64,000 nt of DNA, taken from the NCBI GenBank assembly GCA_963799485.1, contig CAWCXJ010000001.1, positions 212,573 through 276,572 on the forward strand, read 5' to 3'. Shown one piece after another: positions 18,267-29,006 of this stretch. Origin of the DNA: an uncultured Trueperaceae bacterium. Lineage in GTDB: Bacteria > Deinococcota > Deinococci > Deinococcales > Trueperaceae. Each line of letters opens with the position of its first letter. The stretch's first letter is position 1. Both the position numbers and the translations under genes were made by a program. The notes below the pieces were generated by a model. It was not told the origin of the DNA. It did no database searches and worked only from the letters and a program-made list of their open reading frames with translations.

Positions 18267-19520
18267 ATGTCCAAGTGGCGGCGTGGACGGCACTACGGGC
18301 CACCGCCGTGGGTACACCGGGTACCTGGCCCGCCGCCGGACGGTTGGCAACGCCACCGCAAAGGTCATCACAGGCGCTGGGGGCTCCGCCGCCGCCTGAC
18401 CTTTGCGTTTGCTTTCGTCGCGCTGATGGCGGTCAGTCTGACGACCTTTTTAACATTGGGCGCAGTGTTCGGCGCGCAACGCGAACTGTTCGCCGGGAGC
18501 GCTCCCGGCGACGCTGCACCGACGGGGGGCTGGCACACCTGGGGTGATTGGGGCGGTGATTTCGCGCCGGCGCGGGCGGCATTTATGCAGATTACCCGGA
18601 CGGCGTTTTTTGCCGGACTCTTGTCGTTTCTCCTGGCCTCGGCGACGGCGGCGCTCCTGACCCGCGCCCTGACGCGGCCCCTGTCGGCGCTGACCGACGG
18701 GGCGCGGCGGCTCGGCGCAGGGGAGCGTGGTTTACAGCTCCGCGTGCCCCGTTCGCGTGACGAACTTCGGACGCTGACCGAAGCCTTTAATAACCTCGTG
18801 ACCGGGTTGGAGCGCCAAGAGGCGTGGCGGCGCAACCTCGTTGCCGATATCGCGCACGACCTGCGCACGCCACTGTCGATTTTGCGGAGCGAGTTGGAGG
18901 GGTTGCAAGACGGCGTGATTACGCTTGACGACGCGGCCTTGGACCGCCTCCACGCCGAGGTGTTGACGCTTTCGACCTTGGTGAGCGGCCTGCGCGAACT
19001 CTCACTTGCCGAAGGGGGCGGCTTACCGCTCAAACGCGAGAAGATTTTGCTGGGGACCTTTCTGGAGGATTTCACGGAAAGCTTTCAGACGCGAGCTGCT
19101 GAAGTGGGTGTGACACTCACGTTAGCACGCCTTTCGCCCAAGCTGACGGCGACCTTCGACCCCGACCAGCTCGAGCGTGTCCTCGGCAATCTGCTGAGCA
19201 ACGCGCTAAACTATGCGTCGCCGGGTGCGGTCGTCCTCGGGGCAACGCGGACGGCTACCGGGGTGCGGCTCTCTGTTCGTGACCACGGGCCGGGGGTACC
19301 GGACGACCCGGAAAGGCTCTTTGAACGTTTTTATCGGGGGGACAGCTCGAGAACCCGCACGGCAGGCGGTGAAAAAGGGTCAGGGCTGGGGTTATCGATT
19401 GCCAGGGCGATTGTGCAGGCGCACGGCGGCACCCTGAGCGCGGCAAACCATCCGGGTGGCGGCGCGGTCTTTACCCTCGTGTTGCCCGACAAAGGGCTTT
19501 CGACAGCTGACGAAGAATAA
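18267..19520 (+). CDS. HAMP sensor histidine kinase (BaeS-like)
   Basis: Two TM helices, HAMP, AHDLRTP, NLLSNA, DHGPG, FERFYR and GSGLGL motifs. Confidence 0.95.
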   Translation: MSKWRRGRHYGPPPWVHRVPGPPPDGWQRHRKGHHRRWGLRRRLTFAFAFVALMAVSLTTFLTLGAVFGAQRELFAGSAPGDAAPTGGWHTWGDWGGDFAPARAAFMQITRTAFFAGLLSFLLASATAALLTRALTRPLSALTDGARRLGAGERGLQLRVPRSRDELRTLTEAFNNLVTGLERQEAWRRNLVADIAHDLRTPLSILRSELEGLQDGVITLDDAALDRLHAEVLTLSTLVSGLRELSLAEGGGLPLKREKILLGTFLEDFTESFQTRAAEVGVTLTLARLSPKLTATFDPDQLERVLGNLLSNALNYASPGAVVLGATRTATGVRLSVRDHGPGVPDDPERLFERFYRGDSSRTRTAGGEKGSGLGLSIARAIVQAHGGTLSAANHPGGGAVFTLVLPDKGLSTADEE

Positions 19521-19754
19521 AGCTTTGTGTTTTGCCGTGTCCCGACGCGAACGGGACGCTGCTCCCATGATAATTTGATACCCGGCAACCGGGTTATCTT
19601 CTCGGTCTCTGCGGGAGACATGGCCGACGGCGCGCAGCAATCCTTCGGGCGCGCCGGGCAGGGTTCGGTCAAGCTGCCGAAGAGAACCTCTAGACTTTGC
19701 GCCAGCTTGCTATTTCGCTCCCCGCCTCGAGCTACCCTCACGTGAGGTGAAATT

Positions 19755-19967
19755 ATGGCTATCGTCAAGGTGATTGAAGTGTTGGCGCAGTCTGACAAGA
19801 GTTTCGATGACGCCGTAAAAGTCGCTTGCGCCGAAGTAACCAAAACAACGCGTGGGGTACAGAGTATTTATGTCAAAGAGATGCAGGCGGTGGTCGAAAA
19901 CGATCAGATAGTCAAGTACCGCGTCAACGCCAAAGTCTCGTTCGTCGTCGAGGAAGAGTCTCGGTAA
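19755..19967 (+). CDS. Dodecin-family flavin-binding protein
   Basis: KVIEVLAQS..SFDDAV...YRVNAKVSF; 70 aa. Confidence 0.9.
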   Translation: MAIVKVIEVLAQSDKSFDDAVKVACAEVTKTTRGVQSIYVKEMQAVVENDQIVKYRVNAKVSFVVEEESR

Positions 19968-20248
19968 GCTTTTTGAAACTACGTTTACACGGTCGATTTT
20001 AGGGCGTAGTTCTCAGGTGGATTCCGCTGATTTCGCGAGTCCCGCGCCGTAAAATCTCTGCCGCACGCGAATTGCCGGTGCTTGCAAAACTGTAAAACGT
20101 CGACGCCTGCTCCGTTTCTCGTGAGGCCGAACATACCTGCTCAACCGCAAAGGTCGGGACGGCTCGAGCCCCGCCAAAGTGCGTGTGCGCTGCTGCACCC
20201 GTGCCGACGTAGCTGCGCCGAAAGCGCAGCCGTGTGCTACAAAAGGGT

Positions 20249-21739
20249 ATGAAACTCCTCCTCGGAATCGACGTTGGTACCTATTCGTCCAAAGGCGTCC
20301 TCGCTACCTCAGCGGGCGAGGTCGTAAAGCAACACGTCGTCCCGCACAAGCCGGATATCCCGCATCCCGGTTGGGCCGAGCAAGACGCCGACGGGGTGTG
20401 GTGGGCCGACGTTGTAGCGATCTGCAAGGTTCTATTGGACGGGTCGCCGTATTCCGGTGACGACGTAGCGGGCGTCGCGGTGAGCGCCATCGGGCCGTGT
20501 TTGTTGCCGCTAGACAAAGATGGTCGCCCACTCCGTAAAGGCATCTTGTACGGCGTCGATACCAGGGCGGGTGCAGAGATTGACGTCCTTAACGCGCAGC
20601 TCGGTGAAGCGGCGATTTTCGAGTTTTCCGGGATGGCCTTGACCTCGCAAGCTGTCGGCCCCAAAATCTTGTGGTTGCGGCGGCACGAACCCGAGGTGTG
20701 GGCGAAAACCGCGCACCTGACGACAGCGAGCAGCTACCTTGTCTACCGTTTGACGCACGAAAAAGTGATGGACAAACACACGGCGAGTCACTATATGCCG
20801 CTGATCGATATAGGGACGCTCGAGTGGTCGTCCCGTTTCGAGGGCGCCGTAGCCCCTCTGGAACTGCTGCCCCGGTTGGCTCCCAGCGACGAAGTGGCCG
20901 GTGCGGTGAGCGCCGAAGCCGCACGGCAAACCGGACTCAAAGCCGGGACGCTTGTTGCAGTCGGCGCAGTCGACGCCCTCAGCGAAGCGTTGAGCGTCGG
21001 CGTGACCCAACCCGGCGACCTGATGGTGATGTACGGCAGCACCACCTTTTTTATCCTCGTTTTAGAAAAACCTGCGCCCGACCCCCGCACCTGGACGACG
21101 GCGGGCGCGTTCGCCGGACAGTACGCCCTTGCCGCCGGAATGTCCACGACAGGCTCTTTGACAAGGTGGTTGCGGGACAACTTCGCACAGGAATATCCCG
21201 AGTCCGAGGCTTACGGCAGACTTTTCGAGGGTGCAAAACATGTCGCGCCGGGGTCGGACGGGCTTTTGCTTTTGCCGTATTTCAGCGGTGAGCGCACGCC
21301 CATCAACGACCCGAAAGCCAAGGGCGTGATCGCCGGGTTGACGCTCTCGCACACTCGAGCCCACCTTTTCCGGGCGACTTTGGAGGGCGTCGGGTTCGGT
21401 ATCCGGCAAAACCTCGAGGCGTTCCGTGAACTCGGCGCACCTCTCAAACGAGTCGTCGCCGTCGGCGGCGGTACGCAAGGCGACACCTGGGTGCAGATCG
21501 TTTCGGACATCACCAAAACACCGCAAATCGTCCCCCGACAAACCATCGGCGCAAGCTACGGCGACGCGTTCTTGGCAGGTCTGGCGACTGGGCTGGTCAA
21601 ACGCGACGACCTCGAGACCTGGGTAGGGGCGACGCGCACCGTTGAGCCCAATACGGCGCACGCACCGCGTTACGACGAACTGTTCGAGCAGTACAAAGCC
21701 CTCTACGAGGCGACCAAAAGCGTCGTCCACAAGTTGTAG
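20249..21739 (+). CDS. FGGY-family carbohydrate kinase (xylulokinase-like)
   Basis: GIDVGT, PGWAEQD, PYFSGERTP and VGGG motifs. Confidence 0.9.
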   Translation: MKLLLGIDVGTYSSKGVLATSAGEVVKQHVVPHKPDIPHPGWAEQDADGVWWADVVAICKVLLDGSPYSGDDVAGVAVSAIGPCLLPLDKDGRPLRKGILYGVDTRAGAEIDVLNAQLGEAAIFEFSGMALTSQAVGPKILWLRRHEPEVWAKTAHLTTASSYLVYRLTHEKVMDKHTASHYMPLIDIGTLEWSSRFEGAVAPLELLPRLAPSDEVAGAVSAEAARQTGLKAGTLVAVGAVDALSEALSVGVTQPGDLMVMYGSTTFFILVLEKPAPDPRTWTTAGAFAGQYALAAGMSTTGSLTRWLRDNFAQEYPESEAYGRLFEGAKHVAPGSDGLLLLPYFSGERTPINDPKAKGVIAGLTLSHTRAHLFRATLEGVGFGIRQNLEAFRELGAPLKRVVAVGGGTQGDTWVQIVSDITKTPQIVPRQTIGASYGDAFLAGLATGLVKRDDLETWVGATRTVEPNTAHAPRYDELFEQYKALYEATKSVVHKL

Positions 21740-21744
21740 GTTGA

Positions 21745-21963
21745 TCAGGCTTGATGCTCGAGCTCTTCAACCTCTTCTAGCAGCTCATCGGCGGTGTGGC
21801 GCAGTTCGTCGGCTTTTTCACTGAGCCCGTCGGCCTGTCCGTCGGGTAGGTCGTGAGCCGCCTGTTGCAAGGCCTCGGCTTGTTTACGAATCACGTCGAT
21901 GAGTTTATGGATACGTTCAATTTCGCGGGTGTGTTCCTCCGGGGTAGCGCGTTCGGCAGACAT
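21745..21963 (-). CDS. Small coiled-coil hypothetical protein
   Basis: 72-aa ORF with an AAGG RBS and an acidic heptad pattern. Confidence 0.55.
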   Translation of the reverse strand: MSAERATPEEHTREIERIHKLIDVIRKQAEALQQAAHDLPDGQADGLSEKADELRHTADELLEEVEELEHQA

Positions 21964-22028
21964 GCCCTTAAGTTTTCACCCTTTTGAACTTGCAAACTAA
22001 GACGCACATCACGTTTTTGGAGACAAAC

Positions 22029-22811
22029 TCATTCGTGGCCTTCCCGATGACTTTTTTCTACCTGCTCGGGACAACGTTCTGAAGGCGACACCGTTCCAAC
22101 CCCGGAAATGTCTGTGAAAACCTCCGGTTCGCCCCGGTAACGCACATCGCTCGCACCGGATACGGACGCGTCTAAGGTGTCGGTTGCCTGAACAAAGGCG
22201 TCACCCGCGCCCGAAACATCAACCCCGGTGTTTTCGCTCAGAAGTGCACACGCCTCATAGCTGCCTGTGCCCGAGACCGTAACCTTTTGCTCGGTCACGG
22301 CTCCTGAAAGCTGCATGTCTCCTGCGCCGGACAGGTCTGCCTCGAGCTCGTCTGCCTGCACGTCTTCGGCGTAAAGACTTCCCGCACCGCTCGACGAGAG
22401 CGTCACGTCGTCCCCGGCGACCTTCTCCGCTCGGACGTCGCCCGCGCCGGAAACCGTTAGCCGCTCCAGATTCGGCGTGACGACGCGGTAACCGACGCTG
22501 CTCCGTCTCGGCAACCGCAGGGTGCGTTTGACGCTGACTTTCAGGGTGTCGTCCTCAACTTCGGTCTCCAAAACGTTGAGCATATTCTCCGGCGCACGTA
22601 TCTCGAGGCTCGGTTTGTCGCCTAAAGAGACCGTCATGTCACCGACTCCCGACAAGCTGACGCCGCTAAACGACCCGACCTCCCGGGTTTCAGAAACCAC
22701 GTCGCCGGACTCCGTAATCATGCGCCCTTAGCCGCCGCCTCGCCGCGAACTGATAAAGCTCACGACGAGCGCCGCCCCCAAAGCGATGCCGAAAACCGTT
22801 GACCCCCGCAT
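22029..22811 (-). pseudogene. DUF2807/GIN beta-helix protein with an in-frame TAA after its signal peptide
   Basis: SGAGD/SGxG repeats; GGAGG plus ATG at 22811 encodes a hydrophobic leader in the same frame, interrupted by TAA at 22728-22730. Confidence 0.75.
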
Positions 22812-22862
22812 CTGTACACCTCCAGGTTCTTTCAGCGTACACCGACCCGGCCCTCTAAAGGC

Positions 22863-22915
22863 TTGACAAGCCAGCTACCTAGTTTTACTATATAATCACC
22901 TAGCGACGCTATGTA
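22863..22915 (+). promoter_or_regulatory. Promoter and putative PadR operator
   Basis: TTGACA-17 bp-TACTAT; two ACCTAG-N5/6-CTAT imperfect palindromes. Confidence 0.55.
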
Positions 22916-22942
22916 AAGCTCTAGAACTATCCGGAGGTGCGT

Positions 22943-23269
22943 ATGAGTAAAGGCTTGCTGAGAGACAACTTCGACCTCATCTTGCTCGCGATTTTGGAGG
23001 ACGGCCCCAAGTACGGCCTAGAGATTATCGCCGAGGCGCGGGGCCGTACGGACGGTTACTTCGACTTTAAGGAAGGGAGCCTCTACCCGGCTTTGCACCG
23101 GCTCGAGAAAGCCCGCCTTGTCGAGGCCGAGTTTGCGCCCTCAGACACGGGTGGGCCGCGCCGCCGCTACTACCGCCTGACGGACGCGGGTAAGGGGCAA
23201 CTCGCCGTAAAACGTGAAGCCTGGGAGCGCTTTAACGGCGCAGTCGGGGCGCTCTGGGAGGCGAAATGA
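22943..23269 (+). CDS. PadR-family transcriptional regulator
   Basis: YGLEI, EGSLYPALHRLE and RRRYYRLT motifs. Confidence 0.93.
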   Translation: MSKGLLRDNFDLILLAILEDGPKYGLEIIAEARGRTDGYFDFKEGSLYPALHRLEKARLVEAEFAPSDTGGPRRRYYRLTDAGKGQLAVKREAWERFNGAVGALWEAK

Positions 23270-24486
23270 AACCCGAACCGGTAGAAACGTGTGTTGAAAC
23301 CTACCTACGGCGGGCGACGCGGGGGCTTTGGGGCAAGAAGCGGCTCGAGGTCAGGGAAGAGTTGGCGGCGCACCTTGAGGAGCGGGTGATGGCCTACCGC
23401 ATCGGCGGGTTAGGGGAGACGGACGCCGTAAAAAAAGCGCTGGCTGAGCTTGGTAAACCGCAGGAGGTGAGTTTCGGGATGGCACGGCTTTATACCTTTC
23501 CAACTTTGTTAGGTTCGGGCGCAGTGTTAGCGGCAGCATTTGTGCTAGTGGTGGCGCTTTTACCGAAAGGTGCTGCACAGTCGCCGGTTATAGGTTCGTT
23601 TTTCTGGCCTTCACCGAAATGTACGGCAGCTCTCAGAACTGATTCGGTGCTCGCGGCTTTCAACTCATGCCAGAGGTTGGACAACAATCTTTGGCTCGAC
23701 ACAAAAGCGTTGACAAAAACGTTAGAAGCGCAGGGCGTAACGGTTCGCCAAGAAGATAAAATGCTGACGCTTACGTTTCCCAGCCTGCCTCCAGTTGAAG
23801 TTCCTTTGGATTCTTCGTCACTGCTCGTTAATGATTCGGGTGAGGTAGTATGGTTACTCGATTCAGGTGACATAATTAAAGGTACTGAAATCTCCGCTGT
23901 TCCCAGTGCTCTTTCACTTTGGGATTTGTTGGAAGCCGTAGGTAAGCAGTCTAAACTACCAATCCGTCTTGAAGGGGATAAGAATCCTACCGTACATCTT
24001 GGTGAGGTTTCCTTTCAGGTCGGAACTAAACTGAGGTCGGTGAACAGTGATGACTTCTACGATAACTATCTCGAGAACGTTTTCTTCAGAGATTTGGTTG
24101 ATCCAATCGAGATGAAGCAAGGTTTTTTTGCTATAAATTCGCGTGTTGATACGGACACGCCATTAGAAGAGGCAGAACTCGGCCTGAAGGCAGCAGAATC
24201 CGGTGTTTACGGTATCATCACAATCCTTGCACCTGATACGCTGGATAGATATTTGTCGCGTATCATAGACCCGTTCGCTGCGGACTTCTATGCCTCATTT
24301 GAAGTCGTTCGGGTAGAAGATGGCAACATGTTTTCTGCTAAACTTCCCGAAAAACCGGTTCGTTTCGTCAAGGCATTTAGCGCAGATAAGAATATTGGTT
24401 CTGCGGTCATAGTTCGGCTCGCCGGCAGTTCTGAAACAGGCGGTTGGTATGAGGTCGTTTCACCCGACCGCATCACCGTTCAGTAG
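23266..24486 (+). CDS. Permease-prefix-1/HAAS domain membrane protein with a divergent extracellular C-terminus
   Basis: YLRRATRGLWG..REELAAHLEE..ALAELGKP N-terminus, one TM; coupled to padR. Confidence 0.8.
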   Translation: MKPEPVETCVETYLRRATRGLWGKKRLEVREELAAHLEERVMAYRIGGLGETDAVKKALAELGKPQEVSFGMARLYTFPTLLGSGAVLAAAFVLVVALLPKGAAQSPVIGSFFWPSPKCTAALRTDSVLAAFNSCQRLDNNLWLDTKALTKTLEAQGVTVRQEDKMLTLTFPSLPPVEVPLDSSSLLVNDSGEVVWLLDSGDIIKGTEISAVPSALSLWDLLEAVGKQSKLPIRLEGDKNPTVHLGEVSFQVGTKLRSVNSDDFYDNYLENVFFRDLVDPIEMKQGFFAINSRVDTDTPLEEAELGLKAAESGVYGIITILAPDTLDRYLSRIIDPFAADFYASFEVVRVEDGNMFSAKLPEKPVRFVKAFSADKNIGSAVIVRLAGSSETGGWYEVVSPDRITVQ

Positions 24487-24558
24487 TCACGCCCTAACTT
24501 CACCCTGCCTTACAGTTTTACCCCCACCTCCTGCCCACAATAACCGCAGGAGGAAAAT

Positions 24559-24681
24559 ATGACCCAGGCCCTGTTTGGTTTGCCCGTGCAGGCTCGAGAC
24601 GACGATGAAGCCGAACCGTTAGAAGACGACCAGTACCCCGACGATGACGACTACGAAGAGATACCGGCGGACGAACAGTGA
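24559..24681 (+). CDS. 40-aa highly acidic small protein
   Basis: AGGAGG RBS; MTQALFGLPVQARDDDEAEPLEDDQYPDDDDYEEIPADEQ; below the ORF-track length cutoff. Confidence 0.45.
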   Translation: MTQALFGLPVQARDDDEAEPLEDDQYPDDDDYEEIPADEQ

Positions 24682-24890
24682 CCGATACACCGAACCCACC
24701 GCCCGACGATGAGCTGCTACCAGGTGACGACTTCGGCGCACAAAAAGAGCAGGTAGATCAGTGGCTGGAAGAAGAAAAAGAAGAGCGTGAGGAAAGGGAA
24801 AAGCGGCAGAGCGACCCCTGAACCCCCGCACCAGTAGACACCTGTACGAAAATGTGCCCAACGCTATTTTAGCTGTCGGGCACGTTTTTA

Positions 24891-24925
24891 TCATTGCTCA
24901 TTGCTCATTGCTCATTGCTCATTGC
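24891..24925. repeat. Heptamer tandem repeat (TCATTGC)x5
   Basis: Five perfect copies abutting the epimerase stop codon. Confidence 0.9.
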
Positions 24926-25774
24926 TCAGGCCAAACCGTGCTTTTTCGCCCCTTCTTTCAAAAAGGCCAAACCTTGCGTCGCTAAAACCTCCGGCGGCTG
25001 GTTCGTCGGACGCCACAAACAGGTTGCGGCGGCAATCGTCGGGTTGATGGCGGCGAACGATTCCAAAACTAGATTCCCGGAAAAGTTCGCGTCTTTAAGA
25101 CCGCGAAAGGCCTCGTCCCAGTTTACGGTGCCGGTGCCGACGAGCCCACGGTGGCTTTCGCTCATGTGGACGTGGCCCAAAACGTCCTGCGTTTCGACAA
25201 AAGGCGTGTAGAACCCCTCTTCTTCGATATTCATGTGATAGGTGTCGGCGTGAAGCTGCATATTGTCGGTGCCGATGGCGAGCACCGCCTCACGGGTGTC
25301 GTGCAGCGAGTTGTAGAGATGCGTTTCGTAGCGGTTACACGCCTCGAGCGCCAACGTAATACCGCGCGTTTTGGCGTCTTCGGCAACTTCGCGCAAACCG
25401 TCCACGATAATCCGGCGCTCCTCCGCCGTCGGCGGTTTGCCGGTCAAAGCCCCCAGCGAGTAGCCGAGGCAGCCTGCCAGATAGGTGCTGCCGAGTTCTT
25501 CCATGTGCCCCAACACGCGGCGTAAAAAGCGTTTGGCTCCTTCGGGGTTGTCGGGCATGTGAAACTCGCGGGGCAGCGCGAGCGAGATAGTAGCCTCGAG
25601 TCCCGTTTCATCTAAAACCCTTTTGTGACTTTTGGCGTCGAAGTTTTCAGGGTCTAAAAGCGGAATTTCCAACAGGTCGAAACCCGTTTCCGCCGCCTTG
25701 CGAATGGTGTCGTTGCCCGCGTCGGTGCTCCAGTCGCCAAGCCAGACAAAGCCGTGTGCGCCGTATTTGACCAT
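24926..25774 (-). CDS. D-psicose/D-tagatose 3-epimerase-family sugar epimerase
   Basis: LEACNRYE, DTYHMNIEE, HVHMSESHRG and LESF metal-binding motifs. Confidence 0.88.
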   Translation of the reverse strand: MVKYGAHGFVWLGDWSTDAGNDTIRKAAETGFDLLEIPLLDPENFDAKSHKRVLDETGLEATISLALPREFHMPDNPEGAKRFLRRVLGHMEELGSTYLAGCLGYSLGALTGKPPTAEERRIIVDGLREVAEDAKTRGITLALEACNRYETHLYNSLHDTREAVLAIGTDNMQLHADTYHMNIEEEGFYTPFVETQDVLGHVHMSESHRGLVGTGTVNWDEAFRGLKDANFSGNLVLESFAAINPTIAAATCLWRPTNQPPEVLATQGLAFLKEGAKKHGLA

Positions 25775-25919
25775 GATTTTCCCCTTTCACGTTACTTCGC
25801 TCTAATCTATACCAAACCGGGTGATGCGGGCTCGAGGTGGGGGTGGTAAGGTCGTCTGCAGGGGTGCTCGAGCGCTTGGTTTACGCTGAGCTGCCGAGGC
25901 TGGGGAGTGACGCTACCGT

Positions 25920-27113
25920 ATGACGTTTCGAAAGTTTGCACTGCGTACCTTGTTTGTGCTGGTTATCCTCGTGCTTTTGCTGACGTTGTGGCGTTTTCGC
26001 ACGACTTTTATGCTGGGATTTCTGGCTATCGTGCTGGCGGTTTTGGTCAGCATCCCGGTAAGCTACCTGGAGCGCTTTATGCCGAGGGCGCTGGCGGTTA
26101 TCTTGTCGGTGCTCGCTACCGTGGTCATCGCACTCGGCTTGGGGATTTGGCTCGTCCCGGTAATCGGGGCCGACCTTTATGAGATCGCCCTGCGTCTCCC
26201 GGCCTTTACGACCCAGTTAAGCCAGGCTTACACCGAGCTGAGTAATCAGGAGACGCTGTTGGGGCGCTTGTTGCCACCGCTCACGGGTAATCTGAACAGC
26301 GCTTCGCTGACGCCCCTGCGTCTCCAGCAACTTCTCAGCGACGCGCTGAGTGCCGGATTACCCGTACTGATCAGCGGCGGTAACTTCGTTTTTACACTTC
26401 TAGCCAACCTGTTTTTGGTCGTGATGCTGGCGATTTTTTTTATCGCTGAGCCCAAAGCGTATGTGCGGGCCACTCTTTACCTGGTTCCGGCGCACCGGCA
26501 ACTCGAGCTGCTGGGGCTCTGGAGCGTCCTTTACCACACGCTCAGGACGTGGCTTTCGACGCTCCTGATTTCGATCTCGATTACCGTTACGCTGGTTGCG
26601 CTGATTTTGGGCGCGCTGGGGATGCCCAACGTGATGGTCGTCGCGGTTTTTGCCGGACTCGCCACCTTTATCCCGAACATCGGTGCGATTTTGCCGGTTA
26701 TTCCTATCGTGGTGTTTTTGCTCATCTCAAATCCCAGTCAGATTCCGCTGATGGTCGGGGCGTATTTAGGGATTCAGCTGCTCGAGAGCAACGTCTTGAC
26801 CCCCTCGGTCGTCCGGCGTCAGCTCAGTATTCCGCCCGCCGCCACACTCCTCACCCAGATTTTAGCCGGGTATATCTTCGGTGTGGTGGGTGTGCTGCTC
26901 GCCGTGCCGCTACTCGCCGTAATGATCGCTCTGGTGCGTGAACTGTACAGCTACGGGTTGCTGGGGCTGCGCGGGAGCACGGTATCAGCCAAGCTTCCTG
27001 CCCCGACCCCGCACGCCCGCGATACCCGTTTGCTCCAGCGGATGCGGGCACTTCAGGAACGCCGCAAACGCCGCCACGTCCGGGTCATTCCTGAAGAGAA
27101 TGAACCCGATTAA
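25920..27113 (+). CDS. AI-2E (PerM) family transporter
   Basis: Multi-[18 protein letters not shown] and LLAVPL motifs. Confidence 0.88.
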   Translation: MTFRKFALRTLFVLVILVLLLTLWRFRTTFMLGFLAIVLAVLVSIPVSYLERFMPRALAVILSVLATVVIALGLGIWLVPVIGADLYEIALRLPAFTTQLSQAYTELSNQETLLGRLLPPLTGNLNSASLTPLRLQQLLSDALSAGLPVLISGGNFVFTLLANLFLVVMLAIFFIAEPKAYVRATLYLVPAHRQLELLGLWSVLYHTLRTWLSTLLISISITVTLVALILGALGMPNVMVVAVFAGLATFIPNIGAILPVIPIVVFLLISNPSQIPLMVGAYLGIQLLESNVLTPSVVRRQLSIPPAATLLTQILAGYIFGVVGVLLAVPLLAVMIALVRELYSYGLLGLRGSTVSAKLPAPTPHARDTRLLQRMRALQERRKRRHVRVIPEENEPD

Positions 27114-27177
27114 TGCGCCCGGGCGGGGCAACTGCAAACTCGAGCAGTGCGACCGGAAGATGATAAGCTGGGATTAC

Positions 27178-28125
27178 ATGAGTGAACAGGGACCACACAC
27201 GGCGTTTGCCGAGCGTTTTAAGGCGCTCTCCGGGGCCGTCGAAGGTGCAATTCTGGGACAGCGCGCGGTCGTCGAAGACCTGCTGGTCGTCGTTTTAGCG
27301 GGGGGGCACGCGCTTCTGGAGGGTGCGCCCGGTCTCGGCAAAACCCGTCTGGTGCGCGCGCTCGCGGACGCTACCGACCTTACCTTCGGGCGCGTACAGT
27401 TCACCCCCGACCTGATGCCCGCCGACGTTACCGGGACGACGCTTTTGTCCGAAGAACACGGGCGCGCCCACTTTACCTTTCAACCGGGGCCGGTCTTTCA
27501 TCAGGTTTTGTTAGCCGACGAGATCAACCGGGCGACGCCGAAAACGCAGTCGGCGCTCTTAGAGGCGATGCAAGAACGCGCCGTCACGGTTTCCGGTGAA
27601 GAGCATCCGTTACCGAAACCGTTTACGGTGCTGGCGACGCAGAACCCGCTCGAGATGGAAGGCACCTACCCGCTTCCCGAAGCGCAGCTCGACCGGTTTT
27701 TGTTCAAGATTCTGGTTCCGCGCCCCGACGCCGCCACGCTCACCCGGATTCTCTCCGCGACGACCGGCTCGCACGAAGCAGAAGTCGCACAGGTTATCAG
27801 CCACAGCGAGCTTTCCGAACTCCAAACGACGCTCCGGGCGGTGCCGGTAGCAAGCCGCGCTTTAGAGTACGTCGTCGGCTTTGTCGAGGCGAGTCACGCA
27901 CACCCGCTGGTGCGGCTCGGCTCTTCGCCGCGCGGCGCACAGGCGATGGTCTTGGCGGCAAAAGGTTACGCGCTTGCGGCAGCGCGCCCGAACGTCGAAC
28001 TCAGCGACCTCAAGCGGGCAGCCCCGGCAGCGCTCCGGCACCGGCTGCTCTTAAACTTCGAGGCGGAGGTTTCCGGGACGACGCCCGACGAAGTTATCGC
28101 CGAGTTGCTCAAGACCGTCAAATAG
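27178..28125 (+). CDS. MoxR-family AAA+ ATPase
   Basis: [36 protein letters not shown] and [13 protein letters not shown] motifs. Confidence 0.95.
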   Translation: MSEQGPHTAFAERFKALSGAVEGAILGQRAVVEDLLVVVLAGGHALLEGAPGLGKTRLVRALADATDLTFGRVQFTPDLMPADVTGTTLLSEEHGRAHFTFQPGPVFHQVLLADEINRATPKTQSALLEAMQERAVTVSGEEHPLPKPFTVLATQNPLEMEGTYPLPEAQLDRFLFKILVPRPDAATLTRILSATTGSHEAEVAQVISHSELSELQTTLRAVPVASRALEYVVGFVEASHAHPLVRLGSSPRGAQAMVLAAKGYALAAARPNVELSDLKRAAPAALRHRLLLNFEAEVSGTTPDEVIAELLKTVK

Positions 28126-28133
28126 CCCCGCCT

Positions 28134-29006
28134 GTGACTCAAACCTCGCTAACCCTGAGTGCCCCCACAAGGGCACTGCTGTCGCGCTACGTGCCCGCGC
28201 CCCGCGTCCTGAACGCGATGTCCGGCGAGCGGCTGGTGCGCGAGGCGGGGAGCAGCTTGGAGTTCTTCGACGTGCGCCCCTACGGTGCCGGGGATGAGCT
28301 GCGTTACGTCGACTGGAAAGCCTACGCCCGCACCGGCAAGCTCTTCACCCGGCTTTTTCAGGCCGAGCGTACCTCGGCGCTGCAGGTCTTGCTCGACACC
28401 TCGCCGAGTATGAACGTGGGCGGCAAGTTCGCAGCGGCGCAGCGGCTCGCGGCGATGCTGGTGACGACCTCACTCGGCATGCGGACGCAAGTCGGGCGCT
28501 TCGGCGGCGCGCTGAGTCCGCGCGGCGGCGCACGCACGCAGCTCCCCGAGCTGTGGCGTTTTATCGGTGAGACGCCTGAGCCTGCCCCTGAAGCGCCCGT
28601 GGCGGCGCTCTCGGCGTTTGCGGCAAGCACGTCCTACGCCGCCGGGATGGTCGTCGTGTTGTCCGACCTCTTTGATGAGGCGTCGTTGCAACCTGCTTTA
28701 ATCGCACTTAGGGCGCGGCGGCTCGACGTGTGTTTCGTGCAAATCATGAGCGCGGCTGACCTGAGGCCCGAGGGTAGCCGCCTCGAGGTTCGTGACAGCG
28801 AAACGGGGGAGACGCTCGAGGTCGGCCCCGACGAGGTGCGGCTTTATAAGGAGGCAGTGCACCGTTTCCTTGGACAGACACGCGCGGCGGTCTTGCAGGC
28901 CGGGTTTCGCTACTGCCTGGTGCGGGTCGAGGAAGAGCCCCTCGAGGCGCAAGAAGCTGATTTTCTGGCGGCGCTCTACCGGGCGGGTATCTTGGTCAGA
29001 AAATAG
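28134..29006 (+). CDS. DUF58 domain protein
   Basis: EFFDVRPYGAGDELRYVDWKAYAR and DTSPSM motifs; follows moxR. Confidence 0.9.
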   Translation: MTQTSLTLSAPTRALLSRYVPAPRVLNAMSGERLVREAGSSLEFFDVRPYGAGDELRYVDWKAYARTGKLFTRLFQAERTSALQVLLDTSPSMNVGGKFAAAQRLAAMLVTTSLGMRTQVGRFGGALSPRGGARTQLPELWRFIGETPEPAPEAPVAALSAFAASTSYAAGMVVVLSDLFDEASLQPALIALRARRLDVCFVQIMSAADLRPEGSRLEVRDSETGETLEVGPDEVRLYKEAVHRFLGQTRAAVLQAGFRYCLVRVEEEPLEAQEADFLAALYRAGILVRK

